Shown here in pieces: positions 53,857-64,000 of a stretch of DNA of 64,000 bases. Position numbers and translations under genes: made by a program. Position 1 is the first letter of the stretch. Each line of letters opens with the position of its first letter. The notes below the pieces were generated by a model. That model saw only the letters and a list, made by a program, of their open reading frames with translations, was not told the origin of the DNA and did no database searches. The DNA is from Octopus vulgaris (Eukaryota): NCBI GenBank assembly GCA_951406725.2, contig OX597820.1, positions 15,686,001-15,750,000 of the forward strand, given 5' to 3'.

Positions 53857-56081
53857 TAGTATCCGTATCTTCGGGGAGGCTGATCTCCCTTTACAGGCTA
53901 GCAAGGACACCGTGATGGTGTCGGTCCTTCTGGTGACGTCGATGATCGCCTGGGGCTAAATGCATCAGTAACACCCCCACCACCCCGCCCTGTCCCTAGC
54001 CACATTCAGATGGCTGATCCCCCTTACGTTATATATATATATATATACGAGCAAAACGCCCCCCTCCGTCCAATGGACGGTGCTGAGTTGTCAAATATTT
54101 AAACCAAATTTTCTCAAAGCAACTTGTCCGACCGTCCCATAGGCCTCCCCTTTAAGAAACACTGATTTAACCTAAATTTGAGACACCAGCAAAAGAAGAA
54201 ATAAAGATAGACTTTTTTTCAATTCCAAAAAGAAAAACGATTTTATTCACACAAATATGCAACCGAAGAGTTTAAAGTACCAGTAATGATAAGGCTGTTG
54301 ACTGGGAGAACACAAACATGGTTTAAACAGTAAACTTTGCAGGGAAAGAAACGTGCCTTTAAGCAGTACAAAAACAATGAAAAATGGAAGGTGCAATTAT
54401 GTACAGGTTGACGGAAGAAAAGCAGGACAAAAACGGCTTTATCGATCGAAACCCGAAACCATGTGGTTGGGAAGCAAGCTTCTTACCACACGGCCACTCC
54501 TTCGTCTACAAGGTTACGTAACTAATCTACAAAGTTTCATTTGCTAACATTCTACAAGCCACTGACTCACTCACTCTCTTTGTTCCTTAAGCCCTTTGCT
54601 TGCTTTTCCAGATGGATTTCTGATTTTTTAAACTCTGCCTCAATATCCCGCATTTAGCTATATATAGGGCGTCCTCTATTCCGCCTCCCTTGTAGGTTTC
54701 AGGTCATTCTTCGATGAAAGGCTCCCCTCCTCCATGTCTTGGTGGTTTTGAACCGTCATTTGCACTTCTATAATTTTCGTTGTTTTTTTTATTTCTAGGT
54801 AACGTTATTAGCCCTATACGAATCCATTTTTATCTCTGGGGAGAGATGGTCCGTATTAATCTGGTCCATATTAATCCTTTACCCTGTCCAGCCTGGGCGA
54901 CCCTACCTATTTCTTTACTACCCACAATGGGCTAAACACAGAGGGGACAAACAAGGACAGATAAACGGATTAAGTCGATTACATCGACCCCAGTGCGTAA
55001 CTGGTACTTAATTTATCGACCCCGAAAGGATGAAAGGCAAAGTCGACCTCGGCGGAATTTGAACTCAGAACGTAACGGCAGACGAAATACGGCTACGCAT
55101 TTCGCCCGGCGTGCTAACGTTTCTGCAAGCTCGCCGCCCTACCAGGAACTTACACTCAACTGGCATAGTTTCCGGGTAATTGAAGCACACAAATCCGCAG
55201 CATGAACTGGACCTTGTGGTGGTACTCACACAATAGCTCGCAAATGTAGGGTTTCTCTTGGCTGTTTCTACCGCAAATAAAGCAGCTTTTACTTCTCCGA
55301 ACTAGAAATATCCGTGTACCACTTTCACCTACATCCACCAAACGTAACCAGTTCTCTCATCATCCCTATTATGCCCCACTCCCCCAAATCCTGCACTAAA
55401 CCTATTGCTCTTTATTTTATCAGAGCTGTTGTTGCCTGACTTGCTTCCTTGTCCACTTGTTTTCTCCGGGTACCAGTTTGAACTTAAATGCCCTCGACCT
55501 CACCATAAACGAGGATGACCTTAAAATATTATTTCCCCTATTCCTTCCTGACTATACAATACCCTTTCCTTTTAATTAAAACAAACAAAGTTATTAGTTT
55601 GTTACTGATATCGCAGTTTAGGTTTCCAAGAAATCGAAGCAATAGGATTTACTTTTAGCTGGAATTTATCTAAACGCAAACACTTGAAAATATAAAATAC
55701 ACTAGATTGTTTTCCTAGAAAAGGGTTTTACACAATTAATTATCAGCTATGATAATAACTAAACTTCAACGATAACGACAGATAATGCCAATATAATTAT
55801 AAGCAATTTCCAGATAATTGATGTGACACAAAATTTACTGAGATTTTATATTAAGTATTTCTAGTTTAGTGTCTACCAATCATATCCTGTAAATAAATGA
55901 ATAGAAAATAGTAATGGGTAAAAAGTAAGTTCGTTATTGAAATAAAACTTGTTTTTAACCATATTTTATTATTGTTTGATTCTTTTAAACTGTTTCAAGT
56001 GTTTCAACTTTAAAGTTGCGGTCATGCTGGGGCATTTTTTTTCCAATTATGTTATATACATTTGATGCCATTATTATTATT

Positions 56082-56837
56082 ACGGTATATATTGAGTAAT
56101 GGTCGATCTCATGTAAAAGTCGACTCCCTATTTTTGGCCAGAAAATTGAGAATTTTCCATAGACCCTGTATAAAAGTCGGCCCTAGTATTTCACAAACAA
56201 GAGGACAACACGTGTGGGTCAAGGTACAGTATTTTCCTGTAAGTAGAAATAACACTGTTACAAAATTGTGTGGCTACCTTACTGTAGCCTGTTCGATGGG
56301 TGGAGTGCTTGGTGCTTATAATGGATTGCTCAGTACTTATAGTAAAACACCATTTAATATCGAGCACTACACATCTGTTGGTAGGTGCTACATCACCGTT
56401 ACTAAAATGTCTGCGTAGGATATACTGCAAGCCTGCATACATCTTCAAGCACAATAAATACACGCGTCATACACTCGTTGTTTACATGATGAGAAACGTG
56501 TTTCACAGACAGCACTTTTGGCGAGCATTGGCAAACGCCACTGTCTGAATTCATATAAAGGCATGACTTTGGTAAACCTAAAACATTCAATTAATCACTA
56601 ATGGTTCCCATGCGACCTTTATCTTTTACTAGGGTCTGTGTTTTGATGCATAGAATTGTTAATTTATTGTGTTTTGTTTATATTCGCTTAGAGATCAGTT
56701 GGGCTTCTGCTGTTGATACAGTACTTCGGATTCTAGCTTGAATTTCAACCCCTCAGAAGTAGTATCCATGTAATAGTCAACCCCATAAACATGACCTTAA
56801 AAATTGTCTAAAAAATTCGACTTTTAGACAAGTATAT
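56082..56837. mobile_element. Degenerate Tc1/mariner-superfamily non-autonomous element
   Basis: Ends resemble CCGTATATACTCG...TCGA-type TIRs, with repeated aaaagtcg subterminal motifs. Confidence 0.45.
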
Positions 56838-56851
56838 TATCATTATTGTTA

Positions 56852-57408
56852 TTGAGTGAGAGAGCAGTGCATGCCATCAAAGTGACACTGGGGTAAAATA
56901 TACGAAACCCAATATACCCATCATGACTACCCGTCTGATAAGGGTACACTAGGCACATGCATGACAACCATATGTGCGCGACATGGTGATCTCATATCAA
57001 GATAAACAGCAGATGACCTTGCAGGTGGGGTCCAGTTAGAATTTTCTTCTGGTCGAGTAACCCATCCCGCTCAAAAGGTCCCTGAATAAGGGTTGTTTAA
57101 GGATGTTGAACGAAACACCCATGTTTCCAGAAGTGAATTATTCAAACCCCAAAGAATCCCTCTTAACACATAGCTATGATGCTCCACACTACTTCTGCTC
57201 GTTGATCAGAGATGCACATATCGTCAGCCATTAAGGGACATGATCAACTGGTTAAGGTCAAACATCTGACAAGCAAACCTGTGGTATTGAGCAGAATATT
57301 TGCTGTAGCCCATCTTTTATACCAAAACAAAATGTACATGTAAGCACTTCCAATCAGTTATGATCAGAAGCCACGAGAGCCACTGCCTGGTACTGCATCA
57401 GGGTATTT
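56852..57408. mobile_element. Unclassified ~555-bp interspersed repeat inside (ATT)n
   Basis: Flanked by ATT tracts; partial second copy at 63490-63678. Confidence 0.7.
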
Positions 57409-59636
57409 TATTATTATTATTATTTCTTCCTGCTCTTTACGCTTTGAGTTCATGTGCTGCTGCGGTCAACTTTGTCTTTCATCCTTTCGGGATCGATGAA
57501 ATAAAGTACCACTCAAGTACGGAATTCGACACATGTCCTCCCCTCCAACTGCTAGTCTTTTCCCAAAATTAGAAGGAATTATTACAGTGGCGAGCTAGCA
57601 GAATCGTTGGCGTTTCTTCCGGTTCTTTACGTTCTGAGCTCAATTCCAGCCGAGGTTGACTTCGCCTTTCGTCCTTTCAGGGTCTATAGAATATGAACCA
57701 TTTGAACAATGGGGGACAATGTAATCGACTCACTCTGTTCAAAATCGCTGGCCTTGTGCCAAAATTTGAAACCCTTAAATATCTAAATCTCTATCAGTTC
57801 AAGTACAAACATGTTAGCAGTATATGCATTCGGTAGAATGGTTGATTGTATTCCTAACCGCATAAGTATACTTGTGACAGCGATACGAAGCTTGTCATAG
57901 TATTTGCGTGTGATAGACAGGATAGCTGACTAAAGCAGTTTCATTGCCTAGCATGTGAATGCAATTATTGTTGTAGTTATAATAGTGTCTGCTGCCAATG
58001 GTCGCAGACCAATATCCGAGTTAAAATAGTGATTCTCAACTAAGATCCATACGTCCCTTGGGGCTCCATTTATGATTTTCGTTAAAGTTTATGCGCAATA
58101 AACAGGTTATATTTCTACAATGCACAAAATATTTTAACAATTTTTTTTATACAGGTGCAAGAGTGGCTGTGTGGTAAGATGCTTGCTTACCAACCACATT
58201 GTTCTGGGTTCAGTCCCACTGCGTAGCACCTTGAGCAAGTGTCTTCTGCTATTGCCGCGAGCCGACCAAACCCTTGTGAGTGGATTTGGTTGACGGAAAC
58301 TGAAAGAAGCCAGTGACAATTATTCGGAAGCCATGATAAAACTCCAAGTTTCGGATGTCGGAGCAGAAAAATAAAAATAATGTTCTCTTCTAGACAAAAC
58401 CCTAAAAAAAAGACACCTGTTTTATATAAATGAACAAGCTGTTTATACATTGCCGTTAAGGAAAAGAATAAGTTTATTGTCTGGAGATAAAAGAACAGTC
58501 GAAGATATGTGTTTCTGGATAAATAGTCATCATTAGTACGATAATCTTACTCACTTTGTGGATGTGTTTCTCGGTCAAAAACTAGACTGCTACTTTTGAG
58601 TGACCTCTCATTATCTATTTATATATTAGAAGCTAGGGGAATAAGCTATAGCTAGTGAGGTATCGAAGGTCTAGCTGACACTTTTAATTGGACAACAGAT
58701 ACGTTAAGCACGCCGGGCGAAATGCGTAGCCGTATTTCGTCTGCCGTTACGTTCTGAGTTCAAATTCCGCCGAGGTCGACTTTGCCTTTCGTCCTTTCGG
58801 GGTCGATAAATTAAGTACCAGTTACGCACTTGGATCGATATAATCGACTTAATCCGTTTGTCTGTCCTTGTTTGTACTCTCTGTGTTTAGCCCCTTGTGG
58901 GTAGTAAAGAAATAGGTATTTCGTCTGTCTTTACGTTCTGAGTTCAAATTCCGCTGATGTCGACTTTACTTTTCATCCTTTAGGGGTCGGTAAATTAGGT
59001 ACCAACTGTGTACTGGGTCGATATAATCGACTGCCCCCGCTCAAAAATTTCGGGCCTTGTGCTTAGAGTAGAAAAGAATTGGGCAACAGAGGTCAGAAGG
59101 TGCAAAATAAATAACCTTCTTGTTTCTAAGGTAAAGGAAGTATATACTGGTTTCAAATTTTGGCACAAGGCCAGAAATTTCGGAGGAGGGGTAAGTCGAT
59201 CGATCGGCCTCAGTGCTTAGCTGGTACTTATTTTATCGACCATGAAATGATAAAGGGTAAAGTCGACCTTGGCGGAATTTTTGCTCAGAACGTAAAGACA
59301 GACGAAATGTTGGTAACTATTTTTCTAGCGTGCTAATAGAGATATTAGCGTGCTAATATAGATATTACAAACACGAGTCGGCAAAAAGGCCGAGATATAA
59401 TAGAAGTGGATGAAGAGTTCAGGGCTCGAAACTTGACCAGTTTTCCGTTACAAATTTTAGAGAGATTTGGCTACTATTTCCAGAAGTTGAACGACCACAT
59501 AGAGTTTTCTTCGTTGTTTTAATTGCAGTATCAACACTAGAAACAAAGCCAGATTAAGGTCCATAGAAGCCCGAAGCACTTAAAAGATTTTGGTGGCCTC
59601 ATACACACCTTGTCTTCGACTTACGACCGAGTTCCA

Positions 59637-60143
59637 TTCCGACTGGTACTTAATTTATTGACCCCGAAAGGCACAGTCGACGTCGGCGGAATTTGAACTC
59701 AGAACGTAACGGCAGACGAAATACCTATTTCTTTACTACACACACAAGGGGCTAAACACAGAGAGGACAAACAAGGACAGACAAACGGATTGAGTCGATT
59801 ATATCTACCCCAGTGCGTAAATGGTACTTATTTAATCGACTCCTAAAGGATGAAAGGCACAGTCGACCTCGGCGGAATTTGAACTCAGAACGTAACAAGT
59901 GACGAAATACCTATTTCTTTACTACCCACAAGGAGCTAAACACAGAGAGGACAAACAAGGACAGACAAACGGATTGAGTCGATTATATCGACCCCAGTGC
60001 GTAACTGATACTTATTTAATCGACCCCGAAAGGATGAAAGGCAAAGTCGACCTCGGCGGAATTTGAACTCAGAACGTAGCGGCAGGCGAAATACTGCTAA
60101 GCATTTCGCCCGGCGTGCTAACGTTTCTGCCAGCTCGCCGCCT
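59637..60143 (-). mobile_element. SINE family A multimer
   Basis: Head at the right end; units joined at gacgaaatac|ctatttc. Confidence 0.85.
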
Positions 60144-61021
60144 TTAACATCACAGGATATTACACTGGGAAAATGAATCTTTTAGGATTCATAGAAAGCA
60201 ATAAATGGCAAAAGAAGGATGAAAATCTGAGGTGGGCAGTGGTGGTACGAATGGAAAGCAACAGATCAGTCATGAAAAAATATCCATTTTGTTCTCTTAA
60301 ACAGGATAATGTTGGTTGTGTTGATACAACAGGACATGGTTTATTGACACAAAAAGCCCGTGGCCATGTTAGGCGAACTCGAATTCCAGCAGGGAATTTT
60401 CAGCGAAAAAAAGTGAAGCTGTAATATTTAAACGAAGCTGGCATACAGGATCTTGGTGATTTTTCTGAGGTATTAGTTTGGTTTTTTTTTAGAGAAAAAT
60501 GCGTCTTATATGCAATCAAATATAGTATAATTGTCGAGAGAGATGGCAGGATAGGCAATGAGTTTGAAGGGAATTTCTCAGAAGCATTTTACGCGGAAGG
60601 TAATTTAACATACTTTGGCTTACAGCGGGGCGCGGCTGACGGCACCATTTGTTCCGGGATGTGTGACCCCTTGATCCGTTCCCCTCGATCTTCTGCTGCT
60701 TTACCTCACTTCTTTCTTTCTTTCTTTTCCATTTTTTTTCATTCTTTTTTTTCTTCTGTTTTTTTTTGTATTTCAAATATTATAATACAAAATGTGATCT
60801 GTTGTATTTAAAAAAAAAATACATTAAGATTCACAAAGTGATACAAGGAAAGAAGATGATCACAAAAGGCTATTTTATTGTTTCTGGGACAAATTAATTA
60901 AAATGAGTTCATGAGTTAATTTGCAAGGAATAAGAAGTGGGTAAATGCTCACGGATATGATAATTATGTGCGGTTAGCATCGTACGATAAATAACTGATA
61001 CGAATATGCTTTCGATTTTGT

Positions 61022-61062
<41 letters not shown>

Positions 61063-61173
61063 CATACATATATAGTACACACACACACACACACATATAT
61101 GAATGTAAGACGAAGATAGGTGTATGAACAACAAACAGGTGTATTAGTTTGACACTCGGGAAAGTGAGAAAGT

Positions 61174-61209
61174 CTTTTACGTTTCGAGCCTACGCTCTTC
61201 GACAGAAAG
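61174..61209 (-). ncRNA. Minimal type I hammerhead motif with A6U change
   Basis: CUUU-CUGUCGA-A-GAGC(GUAG)GCUC-GAAA-CG-UA-AAAG. Confidence 0.65.
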
Positions 61210-61520
61210 GAATAAGAGAAAATAAGCAGAGAGAGGGAATAATAAAAATTAAAAAAAACTTGTGGATTTAGCGATCAAGCATGGCGAATATAAAATTATA
61301 TGTAAATTTAAGATCCAAGGATCATGGTGTAGGAAGTAAGTAAGATTCGAGCAATCCGTAGAAGGTATTAAAAGCAACCAATTTGTAGGAACAATGATAG
61401 TTTATTGGCGTAGAGGGTTGTAGGTTTTTCCCGTATCGAAGTTCGATAAGATAAAAAAAAGGTTATTTTATAGTTCTCAGTTAGCATCTAGGGTTGCTGT
61501 GAATGTGAATAAAAATCTAA

Positions 61521-61729
61521 ATTGAGGAAATGGAGCCGATAAAATCCAGGCTACATATGTTTTACTAGCTAGCAGAACCTAGGAAGTAATAATAACTACT
61601 CAACACGAGGGTTACTCCACGAGCCTGATGAATAACTAGTGGAGTACCCCTCGTTGAGTAATTATTACTTTCGAGGTTCTGCTAGCTAGAAAACATCTGT
61701 AGCCTGGATTTTATCGGCATTTCCTCAAT
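61521..61729. repeat. Foldback with ~95-bp imperfect arms
   Basis: attgaggaaatg...actccac pairs with gtggagt...catttcctcaat; 18-nt loop. Confidence 0.9.
61621..61706 (+). ncRNA. Type I hammerhead motif with long stem II
   Basis: GAGC-CUGAUGA-A-UAACUAG...CCUCG..AGUAAU/AUUACU..CGAGG...CUAGCUA-GAAA-ACAUCUG-UA-GCCUG. Confidence 0.6.
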
Positions 61730-62022
61730 CTGGATATATATATATGAAAATACAAAATGGGACAAGAACGCAAAACATCCGGACAGTTAGGTGATACAAA
61801 AACGGGACAACAAAACATCCAGATTGACGATACAAAGAAAACAAGGACGGGTCACTCGAAGTTTTCTTTTCTCAGTCAAGTACCAGATTATCTTTGCAAT
61901 TTCGGCTGAATATACTCGAGACTGCGCCAATCTGGCCAGCCCCAAGGAAAAACTAAGCTAAGAGCATTAGATTACTTGGAAGAAAGCAGCGAATGTATAC
62001 AAAAACAAGGACGGAAAAACGG

Positions 62023-62116
<94 letters not shown>

Positions 62117-63091
62117 AATAAGCATGGCTGCATGGTTAACAAGCATGATTTTCAACCATATAGTTTCCGGTTCTGTCCCGCAACGCGGCACTCTTTTAGT
62201 GTAGCCCCGGATCGACCTTTGCCTTATGAGAGAATTTAGTAGACAGAAACTGTCATGTCTGTCTGTCTGTCTCTGTCTCTCTCTCTCCCTCTTTCTCTCT
62301 CTCTTTCAGTCTGTCTGTCCATGTCACTCTCTCTCTCTCTCTATCTATCTGCGCGCGTATGTGTACCTCTCTCCACCGCTTGACAACTGGTTTTAGTTTC
62401 TTTACACTCCCGTAGCTTAGCGGTTCGGCAAAAGAAACCAAAAGAATATGTACCAGGCTTAAGAGAAAAACAGAAAAAAAAAGACCCAAACAAACAAACA
62501 AGTACTGAAGTTTGATTTGCTCTACTAAACCGTTCAAGGCAGTGCTCCAACATAGCCGCAGTCCAACGACTGAAATCCGAATCATTTATCATGATATAAT
62601 GTCTTGCAGAAAAAATGGCGAGACGACGTCAATATCCTGCTGGGATTTTATTAAATGGTATGGATGAACTAAGAATTAAAAAAATAAAAATCCCCTGGTG
62701 TTCTTAATGGTTTCTGATTTTCAATTTTATTAATTCATTCATTTTCGCTCGTGTTGTTAAGATTGATATCTTTTATGCAAGTACTATGCCTCAGTTTTGT
62801 ATTTAGTGAAGAAATGAGAATGTAACGCTGACAGTTTTATAGTAGTATCAGGTGGAGCGATTTACTGTTGGTATTATCCTGTTAAATATTTCCGTTCCTC
62901 TGGAACAGTGGGTGCAGGGGATGCATGTGCACCCCATAAATTTTTTGTGGGGCAATGAAAACACTTTTGAACATCCTCCTGAAAATCTTCATCACCAAAA
63001 TGAACGAACTTACAAATATTTTTGGATTGTTTTCAAGTATTATTTTTCCATTATTGGATTATTTTTCCATTATCAGATTTGATTCATGTAC

Positions 63092-63092
<1 letters not shown>

Positions 63093-63189
<97 letters not shown>

Positions 63190-63214
63190 GTTATTATTAT
63201 TATTGTTATTATTG

Positions 63215-63256
<42 letters not shown>

Positions 63257-63266
63257 TTATTATTAT
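63093..63266. repeat. (AAT)n followed by (ATT)n compound microsatellite
   Basis: Directly visible; explains the poly-N/Y/I ORFs. Confidence 0.95.
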
Positions 63267-64000
63267 ACCTGCGAGCTGGCAGAATCGTTAGCACGCCAGG
63301 CGAAATGTTTAGCGGTATTTCGTCTGCCGTTACGTTCTGAGTTCAAATTCCGCCGAGGTCCACTTTGCCTTTCGTCCTTTCGTGGTCGATAAATTAAGTA
63401 CCAGTTACGCACTGGAGTCGATGTAATCGACTTAATCCCTTTGTCTAAAAAAATTCGACTTTTAACAAGTATATTATTATTATTATTATTGAGTGAGAGA
63501 GCAGTGCATGCCATCAAAGTGACACTGGGGTAAAATATATGAAGCCCAGTATACCCATCATGACTATCCGTCTGATAAGGGTACACCAGGCACATGCATC
63601 ACAACCATATGTGCATGACATAGTGATTTGATATCAAGATAAACAGCGCATGACCTTGCAGGTGGGGCCCAGTTAGAATGTGTGTGTGTGTGCTTATACT
63701 GTCTCCTTCACAAGCTAGTCTTCCTAGCTTTCATAATAATTTATCTGTCATCGTGATTTAACAACCCTCACCGTTTGTTTTTACTGCTTTGTTCTCACTG
63801 TCCTGTTTTTGTTACCACTTTCACCTTCCGCAAAAAATCCCAAATTTTATTTAATTTGTTTTGCGGGAAGGACTGTTTCAACGAAGTTGCGTATTGTCCT
63901 TGCCTTCGTAACGCAGAGTAGGTGAAACAGGGACAACTGAAGAAGGGGAATATTCTTTATGTTGCATGTCTCGTTTCTCTGTTTTTCTTTTCGTTGTTCA

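Larger units (their letters stand above)
53278..54033. mobile_element. HHR-bearing ~354-nt repeat: full unit, partial tandem copy and inverted copy, in (TA)n
   Basis: tctgagcgag at 53291 and 53645 (period 354); 53794-54033 is the reverse complement of 53320-53553. Confidence 0.9.

Noticed and set aside
53605-53959. Overlapping ORFs in the 354-nt repeat
   Set aside because: They arise from the GC-richer inverted repeat and span rearrangement junctions; no protein motif.
55140-55360. GIY-YIG endonuclease remnant
   Set aside because: Only vague resemblance; diagnostic motifs could not be recovered by eye.
61860-61925. Hammerhead on the minus strand (GAAAttgcaa...CTGAGAA)
   Set aside because: No UH triplet, incomplete core, no convincing stems.
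62955-63392. 145-aa ORF and similar low-complexity ORFs (2647, 20807, 48519)
   Set aside because: Translations of microsatellites and SINEs.

Overview
AT-rich, repeat-saturated eukaryotic DNA. The SINE families and a 5S-like sequence suggest a cephalopod (Octopus-like) genome; this is an inference, not a search result. Almost all ORFs in the supplied track come from microsatellites or SINEs. The window contains many copies of several tRNA-headed SINE families, including multimers inserted as single units. It also holds LINE fragments (RTE, CR1/L2-like, R4/Dong-like), MITEs (hAT, Tc1/mariner, piggyBac, GG-terminal/Merlin-like), non-autonomous Helitrons and a 5S rRNA pseudogene. A plausible minus-strand gene has one good 135-nt internal exon and several candidate alternative first exons. 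The most striking signal is a set of type I hammerhead ribozyme (HHR) motifs from several unrelated repeat families between 35.6 and 64 kb, near a degraded Penelope-like reverse transcriptase. One lies in a ~354-nt retrozyme/pLTR-like unit and carries a compensatory U3-A8 core instead of C3-G8. All structures were read by eye; no folding or database search was run.
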